From: an uncultured SAR86 cluster bacterium
GTDB taxonomy: Bacteria; Pseudomonadota; Gammaproteobacteria; Magnimaribacterales; D2472
Assembly (NCBI GenBank): GCA_902560315.1
Contig: CACELG010000003.1
Span: 36,306 to 100,305, forward strand
Length of the DNA: 64,000 bases
Reading direction: 5' to 3'
A program made the translations under genes and the position numbers. The number at the start of each line of letters is the position of its first letter. The first letter of the stretch is position 1. The notes below the pieces were generated by a model. That model was not told where the DNA came from. It saw nothing but the letters and a program-made list of their open reading frames with translations, and did not search any database. This document shows, piece by piece, positions 19,043-30,362 of this stretch.

Positions 19043-20323
19043 ATGTTATTTTCAAAGCTACTAGTTCCAACTTTAAAGGATGCCCCTCAAGAAGCAGAAG
19101 TTATAAGTCATAAACTTATGCTTAGATCTGGAATGATCAGAAAAGTAGCATCTGGTATTTATACATGGCTACCTTTAGGATTAAAAGTTCTCAAAAAGAT
19201 AGAAAATATTGTCAGAGAAGAAATGGATGCTTCTGGAGCTCAAGAGGTATTCATGCCAATGGTTCAGCCTAAAGAACTTTGGGATGAAACTAAAAGATGG
19301 GAAAAAATGGGCCCAGAATTATTAAGAATTCAAGATAGACATGAAAGAGATTTTTGTCTTGGGCCTACTCACGAAGAAATTATTACAGACATAATTAGAG
19401 ACAATGTTAAAAGTTATAAAGAACTTCCTCTAAATATTTATCAAATTCAGACAAAATTTAGAGATGAGGTTCGGCCAAGATATGGGGTCATGAGAGGCAG
19501 AGAATTTTTAATGAAAGATTCATATAGTTTTAATATTGATGAAGAATCTCTTCAAGAAACATACCTAAAAATGAGAGAAACTTATAAAAAAGTTTTAGAA
19601 AGAATTGGACTCCAATACAAAATATCTGCTGCAGATTCTGGTTCAATTGGTGGAGATAGTTCTGAAGAATTTCATGTTCTAGCTGAAAATGGTGAAGACA
19701 CAATTGCTATTAGTGATTCATCAGAGTATGCAATAAATACCGAACTTCTTTTAAAAGATGGAGAGGATATTAGCTCACTTGAGGGGAAGCCTTCGCCAGA
19801 TGGTAATGGAACAATACAAATTAAAAAAGGAATAGAGGTTGGACATATTTTTAAACTTGGAAAACTTTATGCAGAATCTATGAAAGCTAATGTCTTAAAC
19901 GCTGAAGGAAAAGCTTCCACATTACATATGGGCTGCTATGGTATTGGTGTGTCAAGACTGGTTGCAGCAGCGATAGAGCAAAACTTTGATGATAAGGGAA
20001 TAATTTGGCCACACAGCATTGCTCCTTTTGATATAAATATCATCTCAATTGGCTTTGATAAAGACAAGAAGATAGCATCTGCTTCTTTAGAACTGTACAA
20101 AGAGTTTTCTGATATGGGTTACGACGTCCTTTTAGATGACAGAAAAGATGGCTATGGTGCCAAAATGAAAGATTCTGAACTTGTTGGAATTCCTTTAAAT
20201 ATAATTATTGGTAAAAAATTTCTAGATAGTAAAGAAGTTGAATTAAAAGGAAGAGATGGACAAAGTTCTTCCAATCCAATAACAGACATCAAAACAATTT
20301 TGGAATTCTTTAAAAATAAATAA
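19043..20323 (+). CDS. proS: Prolyl-tRNA synthetase (short form lacking the INS editing domain)
   Basis: LGPTHEE, KFRDEVRPRYGVMRGREFLMKDSYSF, GIEVGHIF, MGCYGIGVSR. Confidence 0.97.
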   Translation: MLFSKLLVPTLKDAPQEAEVISHKLMLRSGMIRKVASGIYTWLPLGLKVLKKIENIVREEMDASGAQEVFMPMVQPKELWDETKRWEKMGPELLRIQDRHERDFCLGPTHEEIITDIIRDNVKSYKELPLNIYQIQTKFRDEVRPRYGVMRGREFLMKDSYSFNIDEESLQETYLKMRETYKKVLERIGLQYKISAADSGSIGGDSSEEFHVLAENGEDTIAISDSSEYAINTELLLKDGEDISSLEGKPSPDGNGTIQIKKGIEVGHIFKLGKLYAESMKANVLNAEGKASTLHMGCYGIGVSRLVAAAIEQNFDDKGIIWPHSIAPFDINIISIGFDKDKKIASASLELYKEFSDMGYDVLLDDRKDGYGAKMKDSELVGIPLNIIIGKKFLDSKEVELKGRDGQSSSNPITDIKTILEFFKNK

Positions 20324-20337
20324 CCTACTTAAAAAAT

Positions 20338-21519
20338 CTAAACAATTCTTTTAATAATTGTGGCATTAGCTGTTCCGCCACCTTCACATATAGCCTGAAG
20401 ACCATATGTTGATTCTCTTCTCTCCATTTCATGTAAAAGTGTTGTCATAAGCTTTGCTCCAGTTGCACCGAGAGGATGTCCTAGAGCCATTGCACCACCA
20501 TTTACATTAAGTTTTGATTTATCAGCTTTTAAATCATCAGCCCAAGCAAGTGGGACTGGAGCGAAAGCTTCGTTTACTTCATACAAATCCATATCATCAA
20601 TAGATAAGTTAGCAGTTTCTAGAGCTTTCTTTGATGCTGGTATTGGTCCGGTTAACATAAAGACAGGATCATCGCCTACAACAGAAATTGATACAATTTC
20701 AGCTCTTGGATTTGATTGAATCTTTTTCAACCCTGCATCATTGCATATAACAACAGCAGCAGCACCATCAGTGATTTGGCTTGCATTTCCAGCAGTTATA
20801 ACCCCACCCTCAGTTACTGGCTTCAATCCTGCTAATTTATCAAGACTAGCATCAAATCTAATACCCTCATCTGCCATCACTAAATCATTAATACCCTCAG
20901 CATTCTTTCCTTCAACAGGTAAAATTTCTTTATCAAAGTATTTTGATTCTGTTGCATGAGCAGCTTTTTGATGACTTTCCATAGCGAATTGATCTAAATC
21001 TTCACGAGAAAGATTCCATTTATCTGCTACTAGTTCTGCGCCTGTAAATTGTGAAAAGAATATACCAGGATATCTTTCTTTCATGCCCTCAGAATCAAAT
21101 GGCAACCCATGGCCAGCATTATATCCATCTGTAACGGCTGCACCAATAGGCACCATGGACATAACTTCTACTCCTCCACCAATAACAATATCTTGAGTAC
21201 CAGACATTACAGCTTGAATTGCAAAATGAATTGCTTGTTGAGATGAACCGCATTGTCTATCAACAGAAGTTCCAGGAACGGATTCAGGAAATGACGATGA
21301 CAAAACTGCATTTCTAGCTACGTTCCCTGATTGCGCTCCAACCTGATCAACACAACCAAAAATAACATCATCTACAAGTACAGGATCGATATCTAGTCTT
21401 GTTACTAGTTCATCCAAAACCTTTGCTCCAAGATCTGCTGGATGCCATAAACTTAACCTTCCGTCTCTCTTACCACCAGCAGTTCTCACTGCCTCTACAA
21501 TGTATGCTTTCTCTGCCAT
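20338..21519 (-). CDS. Acetyl-CoA C-acyltransferase (thiolase)
   Basis: RQCGSSQQA, EVNEAFA, GHPLGATGA, CEGGG. Confidence 0.95.
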   Translation of the reverse strand: MAEKAYIVEAVRTAGGKRDGRLSLWHPADLGAKVLDELVTRLDIDPVLVDDVIFGCVDQVGAQSGNVARNAVLSSSFPESVPGTSVDRQCGSSQQAIHFAIQAVMSGTQDIVIGGGVEVMSMVPIGAAVTDGYNAGHGLPFDSEGMKERYPGIFFSQFTGAELVADKWNLSREDLDQFAMESHQKAAHATESKYFDKEILPVEGKNAEGINDLVMADEGIRFDASLDKLAGLKPVTEGGVITAGNASQITDGAAAVVICNDAGLKKIQSNPRAEIVSISVVGDDPVFMLTGPIPASKKALETANLSIDDMDLYEVNEAFAPVPLAWADDLKADKSKLNVNGGAMALGHPLGATGAKLMTTLLHEMERRESTYGLQAICEGGGTANATIIKRIV

Positions 21520-21554
21520 AAAAAAATCCCTACTAATTTAAATTAATAGGGATT
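21520..21554 (-). terminator. 30-bp inverted repeat plus U-tract between recA and the thiolase gene (terminator or operator)
   Basis: Minus strand reads AATCCCTATTAATTT-AAATTAGTAGGGATT-TTTTT-ATG; the single DNA mismatch can pair as U-G in RNA. Confidence 0.6.
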
Positions 21555-21568
21555 ATTGTATCAAAAAA

Positions 21569-22576
21569 CTATTTTGATTTACTTGAAATATAGGATGATC
21601 TTATTTCTTTAACAAGTTTGTCTCTAACTTTTGCGTTTTCTTTAAGGAAAATGCTAGCTTTCACCTTGCCTTGCCCAATACTTTCACCATCCAATTTATA
21701 AAAAGCACCTGATTTTTCAACTAGCCCGAGTTTATGTCCAAAGTCGAGTATTTCACCTTCCTGATTAATTCCTTGGCCATACATGATCTGAAACTCAGCT
21801 TGTTTAAATGGAGGAGATACTTTGTTCTTAACGACTTTCACTCGTGTTTCGTTACCCATCACTTCATCTCCCTCTTTAACAGATCCGATTCTTCTAATAT
21901 CTAATCTTACTGAAGAATAGAACTTTAGAGCATTACCTCCAGTAGTTGTTTCAGGACTACCAAACATAACTCCAATCTTCATTCTTATTTGATTAATAAA
22001 AACGACAGTGGCTCCAGATCTTTGGATGTTACCTGTAATTTTTCTAAGCGCTTGTGACATCAATCTAGCTTGAAGACCAACATGATGATCTCCCATCTCT
22101 CCTTCAATTTCAGCTCTTGGAACCAGTGCAGCAACAGAATCAATAATAACTAAATCTACACTCTTAGATTTAACAAGCATATCAGCAACTTCAAGTGCTT
22201 GTTCTCCAGTATCAGGTTGAGATAATAGAAGCTCATCTACATTAACACCTAGTTTCTCAGCATATTGAGGATCTAATGCATGCTCTGCATCAATAAACGC
22301 ACATGTACCGCCTTCTTTTTGACATTGAGCAATAATTTGAAGCGTTAATGTTGTTTTACCAGAAGACTCTGGTCCATATATCTCAGTAACCCTTCCTCTT
22401 GGAATTCCTCCTATCCCAAGCGCTATGTCAAGCCCAAGTGATCCTGTTGAGATTGATGGGATATCAAGATTTTCACGATCACCCATTCTCATTACTGTTC
22501 CTTTACCGAAATGGTCATCAATACTAGCAATAGTATCCTTCAATGATTTTGAAGTAGTATCTTTTGATTTAGGCAT
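21569..22576 (-). CDS. recA: Recombinase RecA
   Basis: [23 protein letters not shown]. Confidence 0.99.
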   Translation of the reverse strand: MPKSKDTTSKSLKDTIASIDDHFGKGTVMRMGDRENLDIPSISTGSLGLDIALGIGGIPRGRVTEIYGPESSGKTTLTLQIIAQCQKEGGTCAFIDAEHALDPQYAEKLGVNVDELLLSQPDTGEQALEVADMLVKSKSVDLVIIDSVAALVPRAEIEGEMGDHHVGLQARLMSQALRKITGNIQRSGATVVFINQIRMKIGVMFGSPETTTGGNALKFYSSVRLDIRRIGSVKEGDEVMGNETRVKVVKNKVSPPFKQAEFQIMYGQGINQEGEILDFGHKLGLVEKSGAFYKLDGESIGQGKVKASIFLKENAKVRDKLVKEIRSSYISSKSK

Positions 22577-22592
22577 AATTAACTCCTTAATT

Positions 22593-22612
22593 TACTGTAT
22601 ATTTATACAGTA
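22593..22612. promoter_or_regulatory. LexA (SOS) box upstream of recA
   Basis: TACTGTATATTTATACAGTA is the gammaproteobacterial CTGT-N8-ACAG motif. Confidence 0.93.
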
Positions 22613-22693
22613 TAAATCATATTTTCATTTTTTTAAAGAGTTTTATGTAAATTTAAAATTTAGTAAGCTAAAATTCAAGCTTCTTAACTAATT

Positions 22694-23011
22694 ATGACAT
22701 ACGTAGTAACAGAATCTTGCATTAAATGTAAATACACAGACTGTGTTGAGGTGTGTCCGGTTGATTGTTTTTATGAAGGTCCTGATTTTTTAGTCATTGA
22801 TCCAGATGAATGTATTGATTGTGGGTTATGTGAGCCTGAATGCCCTATCGAAGCAATTTACGCAGATGATGAATTACCGCCTGATCAGATAGAATTCATA
22901 GAAATAAACCTCAAGCTTTCAGAAGTATATGAAAATATTACTGAATCCAAAGAGCCCATGCCTGAAGCTGAAAAATATAAAGATATTAAAAACAAAAAAA
23001 AATTTTTATAA
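22694..23011 (+). CDS. fdxA: 7Fe ferredoxin FdxA
   Basis: [33 protein letters not shown]. Confidence 0.95.
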   Translation: MTYVVTESCIKCKYTDCVEVCPVDCFYEGPDFLVIDPDECIDCGLCEPECPIEAIYADDELPPDQIEFIEINLKLSEVYENITESKEPMPEAEKYKDIKNKKKFL

Positions 23012-23737
23012 AAGGCTATTAGTAAAATCAGCTATATCAAAAATCCCAGCTGCAAAAATTAATCCCCCAAAGAATATCAAAATTGATTTGCCATATTTCT
23101 CATAAGCTATATTAATTAATCTTGGCATAATCAATACTGCAATAAACATTCCACAAGCAAAAGGAATTAAAACATCAAAACTTAAATTAGATATACTTCC
23201 AATAATGTATGGGTAAACACCTACAGCCAATAGAAAAGCACTTCCAGAAATGCCTGGAAATAATAAAAATGAACATGCAAAAAAGCCATATATAACTAAA
23301 GCAACAGAACTCGGAATAAAGGGTCCATCTGGAGGATATGCTCCGGAAATATAAAATCCACTCAATAAAAAACCTATTAAGATTGATAAGAAAACATTTA
23401 AGTAAAAATTTCTTCCTTTATTGACATTTTCTTTTGAATAAGTATTTATTATTAGAAAAATACCATAACCGATCATTAATATTGCAATAGAAATATTGAA
23501 TAATTCTGTAAAATTTGTGTATAAAAAATCTATAAGAGAGGAAAATAAAAAAACAGTAGCTATCATTCCAAATAATAAAGGAATCATTAAGTTCAAATTT
23601 TTAAATTTTGCTAAAAAATTTAATATCTTTTCATATACACCAAACATTAATGCAACAGTCGCACCCGATATTCCAGGTAATAACTCTGATAATCCAATAA
23701 ATACACCTGCTATAAAATATTTAATTTTTTCATTCAT
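23006..23737 (-). CDS. DUF368-family membrane protein (putative undecaprenyl-phosphate translocase)
   Basis: Two PGISG motifs ([23 protein letters not shown]); downstream of pcm. Confidence 0.85.
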   Translation of the reverse strand: MNEKIKYFIAGVFIGLSELLPGISGATVALMFGVYEKILNFLAKFKNLNLMIPLLFGMIATVFLFSSLIDFLYTNFTELFNISIAILMIGYGIFLIINTYSKENVNKGRNFYLNVFLSILIGFLLSGFYISGAYPPDGPFIPSSVALVIYGFFACSFLLFPGISGSAFLLAVGVYPYIIGSISNLSFDVLIPFACGMFIAVLIMPRLINIAYEKYGKSILIFFGGLIFAAGIFDIADFTNSLL

Positions 23738-24414
23738 ACATCATTACCGTCTTCTGATTTTCCTGCCAACATCGGTACAAATGATACATCATCATATTGT
23801 TCTTCTTTAATTTCTCCATCTTTGTTTTTTGTTATTACATTTAATTTTTGTGATGATCCTCCCACAGGAATAACCAACTTAGCATCATCATTTAATACAG
23901 AAACTAAATCATTTGGATATGCTCTTGGAGCAGCTGCACATAAAATACCATCATATTTTTTTTGCTTATCCCAATCTTCATAACCGTCTCCATGCGCAAA
24001 AAGTACATTATTGATTTTAAGATTTGATAGATTCTCTCTAGATTTATGAACTAAAGGTTTAATTCTTTCAATGGCATCAACCTTTTCACTAAAAAATGAT
24101 AAAACTGCTGACTGATAACCACACCCAGAACCAAGTTCTAGTAAATTTTCAAAAACTTTACCTCTGCTATTGGTGTGGGATATTAGTAATTCTGTCATTC
24201 GAGCAACAATGTATGGTTGGGAAATTGTTTGTTTGTACCCTATTGTTAACGATCTATTCTCATAAGCTCTTGACCATAATGCCTCATCAAGAAATATGTG
24301 ACGAGGTATTTGAGAAATTGCATCAAGAACTCTAAAATCCTTAATGCCAAGATCTAGAAGAGTTTCTATCATCTCTTCTCTTACTCTTCTGAAGGTAAAT
24401 CCAGAGTTACTCAT
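23734..24414 (-). CDS. pcm: Protein-L-isoaspartate O-methyltransferase
   Basis: PRHIF, QTISQPYIVARMTE, LELGSGCGYQ, FVPM. Confidence 0.96.
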   Translation of the reverse strand: MSNSGFTFRRVREEMIETLLDLGIKDFRVLDAISQIPRHIFLDEALWSRAYENRSLTIGYKQTISQPYIVARMTELLISHTNSRGKVFENLLELGSGCGYQSAVLSFFSEKVDAIERIKPLVHKSRENLSNLKINNVLFAHGDGYEDWDKQKKYDGILCAAAPRAYPNDLVSVLNDDAKLVIPVGGSSQKLNVITKNKDGEIKEEQYDDVSFVPMLAGKSEDGNDV

Positions 24415-25159
24415 CTAACATCTTTGAAATATCTTTAATAAAACTTGATGAGCTCAAACTATAATCAAGAACTGAAACAGAAACATAGCCAGTCTTGATT
24501 GCCTCTGCATCAGTCATGAAATTATCTTTAAGGGGTTCTCCGGACAGATTATATCTGTATCTATATAGATTTTTCGAATCTTGATTATCAACTCTGATTG
24601 GTTTTGCAGGAATGCCTCTTTTTGATAATCCTGTTGCTAGAATACCTTTAAACTCTTCCTCATTAATATCTGGAAAATTAATATTAATAACTTTTCCATT
24701 AAAAATTTCATTGTAAGAAACAATTTTTTCAATTAATTCAATTGATTTTTTTGTAATAAATTTAATATCTTTTGCATCATACGATGCAACAGAAATTGCA
24801 ATTGGTGGATATTTTAAATTTCTTCCACCTACTGCTGCACCTACGGTGCCAGAATAAAGAACATCATTGCCAATGTTCGCTCCGTGATTGATTCCTGATA
24901 CAACAATATCAAATTCAAAATCAACAATACTTAAAAGACCTAAGTATGAACAATCTGCGGGGGTTCCATCAACAGCATAAATTCTATCATCCACCTTGGT
25001 AACCTCTATCTCATTTAAATATGATATTGCTGCACTCATTCCACTACAATTATTTTTAGGAGCAACCATCCATACCTCATGATTCTTAGATAATTCTTTA
25101 TAAAGAATTTTTATATTTTCAGCATCAAAGCCGTCATCATTGGTAAGTAATATTTTCAT
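24407..25159 (-). CDS. surE: 5'/3'-nucleotidase SurE
   Basis: ILLTNDDG, GTPADC, SGINHGAN, YSGTVGAA. Confidence 0.97.
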   Translation of the reverse strand: MKILLTNDDGFDAENIKILYKELSKNHEVWMVAPKNNCSGMSAAISYLNEIEVTKVDDRIYAVDGTPADCSYLGLLSIVDFEFDIVVSGINHGANIGNDVLYSGTVGAAVGGRNLKYPPIAISVASYDAKDIKFITKKSIELIEKIVSYNEIFNGKVININFPDINEEEFKGILATGLSKRGIPAKPIRVDNQDSKNLYRYRYNLSGEPLKDNFMTDAEAIKTGYVSVSVLDYSLSSSSFIKDISKMLDE

Positions 25160-26301
25160 TTTTTTTCTCTAAGATTTACAAGGCTTTGGACTGCTATTGC
25201 CTTGTTTTTACCAATAATACCAATTTTTTCAGAAGTTGTTGCTTTTAAACCAATCTTAGAAACTGGTATTGATAAAAGATTAGATAATTCTTTTAGAATC
25301 TTTTCTCTGTGGGGTGCAATCTTAGGTTGTTCACATATTATTGTAGTATCAATATTATAAATCTCTAAACCTCTTTCATTTAATTGATCCAAACAATATT
25401 TAATAATTTCTATACTATTTAAGTCTTTATTATTTTCATCTTGATCTGAAAAAAATATTCCTATATCTCCTAATGCAGCTGCACCTAAAATTGAGTCTGC
25501 AATTGAATGAAGCAAAACATCACCATCTGAGTGAGCAATAATTTTATAATCGCATTCTATTTTATAGCCACCTAAAATTATCCCATCTCCAGCTTGATAT
25601 TTATGCAAGTCAAAACCTACACCACTTCTAGTAAGAAAATTATTTAAAATCTCTAAATCCTCTGGTTCGGTAACTTTAATATTTGAACGAGATCCTTTAA
25701 CTTTTGACAAAGTTAAATTTGCATATTCGATAGCAAAAGATTCATCAGGGCAATTTATATTTTCATCAATACACCTTCTTATTGATGATTTTAAATGACT
25801 GAATTTAGAAATTTGAGGTGTCTGAACTAGATAGAATTTATTTTTATCTTTTGTTGTATCTTTAGGGCTTATTTCTTCCTTGAGTGAATCGTATACGGGA
25901 ATATATAAAAAAGAGCAACTTGTCTTGGACTTTTTAATATCTTTATATAAATTAACAATATCATCTTCTGTAATATTTGGTCTGGCCGCATCATGAGTTA
26001 ATACATATTCATATTCTCTATCAGCAGCATTAAGTGCATTATTTATTGATTCTTGTCTTGAATTACCGCCAACAACATATTTAATTTTATTAGAATTATA
26101 AAAATTTTGATTTTTAATATGACTGTCATCTTCAGAAATGGCAATAATTATTTCTGAAACATATGCGGAATCAACGAAAGGCTTAACAGCACTTTCGATT
26201 ATAGTATTTCCATTTACCCTGGCATATTGCTTTGGAATCTTATTGCCAAACCTTTCTCCTAATCCAGCTGCCGCAATGATTGTTAATATATTTTCATTCA
26301 T
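25156..26301 (-). CDS. ispDF: Bifunctional IspD/IspF fusion (MEP pathway)
   Basis: IspD motifs AAGLGERFG..PKQY, HDAARP, QTPQ, NIKVT, followed in frame by IspF motifs GFDLH, HSDGDV, KATTSE. Start moved to ATG 26301. Confidence 0.93.
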   Translation of the reverse strand: MNENILTIIAAAGLGERFGNKIPKQYARVNGNTIIESAVKPFVDSAYVSEIIIAISEDDSHIKNQNFYNSNKIKYVVGGNSRQESINNALNAADREYEYVLTHDAARPNITEDDIVNLYKDIKKSKTSCSFLYIPVYDSLKEEISPKDTTKDKNKFYLVQTPQISKFSHLKSSIRRCIDENINCPDESFAIEYANLTLSKVKGSRSNIKVTEPEDLEILNNFLTRSGVGFDLHKYQAGDGIILGGYKIECDYKIIAHSDGDVLLHSIADSILGAAALGDIGIFFSDQDENNKDLNSIEIIKYCLDQLNERGLEIYNIDTTIICEQPKIAPHREKILKELSNLLSIPVSKIGLKATTSEKIGIIGKNKAIAVQSLVNLREKK

Positions 26302-26590
26302 CTTTTTCTTCATCTTTAAAGGATATAAATTCCTCATCGGGATAGGTTAGATTCAGATTCTCTCTTGCAAAATTTTCAATGTGATCATTTGAATCCTGAG
26401 CGTTTTTAATTTCAAATTCAAGAATTTCATTTTCTTTTCTTAGACTATTATTAGTGTTTTGATGAGTACTAGTTTCTTCTAATAATGAATTTTTTTTCGA
26501 ATAATTATTTTCTCCAAAAAAAATGCTATTTAATAAGAGAAATATTATTAAAAGCAAAGCTGCTAATAACAAATAATAAAACTTATTCAT
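26294..26590 (-). CDS. ftsB: Cell division protein FtsB
   Basis: TM helix plus coiled coil and IE..ARE.L.L..PDE; lies between eno and ispD. Confidence 0.88.
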   Translation of the reverse strand: MNKFYYLLLAALLLIIFLLLNSIFFGENNYSKKNSLLEETSTHQNTNNSLRKENEILEFEIKNAQDSNDHIENFARENLNLTYPDEEFISFKDEEKDE

Positions 26591-27860
26591 TTAACAAAAT
26601 ATTGCTGCTTTCATTTTCTATCCAAAGCAGTCTGTTATATTTTGCAATTCTTTCAGACCTACAAGGAGCTCCAGTTTTTATTTGCCCCACTCCTAATCCT
26701 ACAGCTAGATCTGCAATTGTTGTGTCTTCGGTTTCACCAGATCTATGAGAAATAATTGATTCAAATTTATTATTATTTGCACAATGAATAGTTTGAATTG
26801 TCTCTGTAATTGTTCCAACTTGATTAAACTTAATTAAAATAGAATTTGCTATCATTTCATGGATGCCTTTAATTAAAATTTTTTCATTTGTTACAAACAA
26901 ATCATCTCCAACAAGTTGGCACTTTTCTCCAAGTTTCTCTGTTATTAATTTCCAGCCATCTATATCATTTTCATCTATTGCATCTTCTATTGATGTAATT
27001 GGATATTTGTTTACTAAACCTTCAAGGTAATTTATGAATTGGGATGATGAAAGTGTTTTATTTTCACTTCTTAAAATATAGTTTTTACCATCAAAAAATT
27101 CGCTTGCTGCACAATCAAGAGCAATATTTACATCAATGCCAGGTTTTAGATTTGAGCTTTCAATAGCTTCTATAATTAATTTAATTGCTTCTTCATTTGT
27201 TTTAAGATTTGGAGCAAAACCTCCTTCATCTCCTACAGATGATGAAAAACCTCTAGATTGAAGAATATTCTTTAAGTTATGATAAATTTCTGATGACCAC
27301 TTCATAACCTCAGAGAAGTTTTTGGCGCTTTTTGGAATTATCATAAATTCTTGAATATCTATATTGTTATCAGCATGCTCTCCGCCATTAAGAATATTAA
27401 ACATAGGCATTGGAATTGAGGGTTTTATAAAATCGCCAGTGATATTTTTATATAAATTTGAAAAATGTTCATGAAGATAAATATTTTGATCTTTAGCAGC
27501 AACTTTGGAGATAGCAAGAGAAATAGCCAAAATTGAATTAGCGCCAATTTTAGATTTATCATCAGTACCATCAAAATCAATTAATATTTGATCTATCTCA
27601 AACTGATTTATTGGATCTTTTCCAAGGACTAATGATGCTAATTTATTATTGATATTACTTACTGCTTTAAGCACTCCTTTTCCATTATAGTCTTCCTCAT
27701 TATCTCTTAGCTCCAATGCTTCTTTTGATCCTGTTGAGGCACCACTTGGCACCATTGAAGAAGCTGAAATTCCATTATCAAGAGTAATTTTGCAAGAAAT
27801 GGTAGGGACGCCTCTAGAATCAAAAACTTGAATAGCATTAACTTCTGATATCTTTGGCAT
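26583..27860 (-). CDS. eno: Enolase
   Basis: DSRG.PT, VPSGASTG, GDDLFVTN, SHRSGETED. Confidence 0.98.
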   Translation of the reverse strand: MPKISEVNAIQVFDSRGVPTISCKITLDNGISASSMVPSGASTGSKEALELRDNEEDYNGKGVLKAVSNINNKLASLVLGKDPINQFEIDQILIDFDGTDDKSKIGANSILAISLAISKVAAKDQNIYLHEHFSNLYKNITGDFIKPSIPMPMFNILNGGEHADNNIDIQEFMIIPKSAKNFSEVMKWSSEIYHNLKNILQSRGFSSSVGDEGGFAPNLKTNEEAIKLIIEAIESSNLKPGIDVNIALDCAASEFFDGKNYILRSENKTLSSSQFINYLEGLVNKYPITSIEDAIDENDIDGWKLITEKLGEKCQLVGDDLFVTNEKILIKGIHEMIANSILIKFNQVGTITETIQTIHCANNNKFESIISHRSGETEDTTIADLAVGLGVGQIKTGAPCRSERIAKYNRLLWIENESSNILLNE

Positions 27861-27866
27861 CTTTTA

Positions 27867-28694
27867 TTAGATCTCTATATCCTTTTGATCCTTTATAAAG
27901 TCATCTAAATCTTTAATTTGTTTAAGGAAATCATTAAGTGAAGAAAGAGGTAATGCACATGGACCATCGCATTTCGCTTCATCGGGATTTGGATGTGCTT
28001 CTAGAAATAATCCTGCTATAGATTGAGATATTCCTGCTTTAGCAAGACTTAAAACATACTCCCTTCTTCCTCCTGTTGCACTTCCAAGGCCTCCTGGAAG
28101 CTGAAGTGAGTGAGTAACATCAAAAATTACAGGCTTTGAAAGTTTTTTTAGAATCTGAAAATTCAATGTATCAACCACGAGATTATTATATCCAAAGGTG
28201 TTTCCCCTTTCACATAAGGTAATATTTTCATTCCCAGCAGCTATACATTTTTCAACAACATTTGACATTTCTTGTGCTGATAAGAACTGAGGTTTCTTAA
28301 ACTGAATTATTGATTTTGTTTTTGCTGCGGCGCTTACAAGATCAGTCTGTCTTGCTAGAAAGGCTGGTATTTGAACAACTTCACATATTTCACTTACTGT
28401 TTGAGCTTGAAGTGGTTCGTGGATGTCAGTAATAACGGGAACATCAAAAGTATTAGATATTTCTTCTAAAATTTTAAGTCCTTCTTCTAAGCCCGGACCT
28501 CTATAAGAATTAATTGAACTTCTGTTTGCCTTATCAAAGGAACCTTTAAATATATAGTTGATTTTAAGATTATTGGTTGATTCTATAAATTTTTCTGCAA
28601 CTTCCATAGCTAAATCTCTTGATTCAAGAACATTCATACCACCCATAAGAGTCATTGGCTCAGAGTTATCTATATTAAAATTTCTTAATTTCAT
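27867..28694 (-). CDS. kdsA: KDO8P synthase
   Basis: [33 protein letters not shown]. Confidence 0.97.
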   Translation of the reverse strand: MKLRNFNIDNSEPMTLMGGMNVLESRDLAMEVAEKFIESTNNLKINYIFKGSFDKANRSSINSYRGPGLEEGLKILEEISNTFDVPVITDIHEPLQAQTVSEICEVVQIPAFLARQTDLVSAAAKTKSIIQFKKPQFLSAQEMSNVVEKCIAAGNENITLCERGNTFGYNNLVVDTLNFQILKKLSKPVIFDVTHSLQLPGGLGSATGGRREYVLSLAKAGISQSIAGLFLEAHPNPDEAKCDGPCALPLSSLNDFLKQIKDLDDFIKDQKDIEI

Positions 28695-28698
28695 CTTG

Positions 28699-30336
<1,638 letters not shown>

Positions 30337-30362
30337 TCATGATGGGATATTAGAATAACAGA

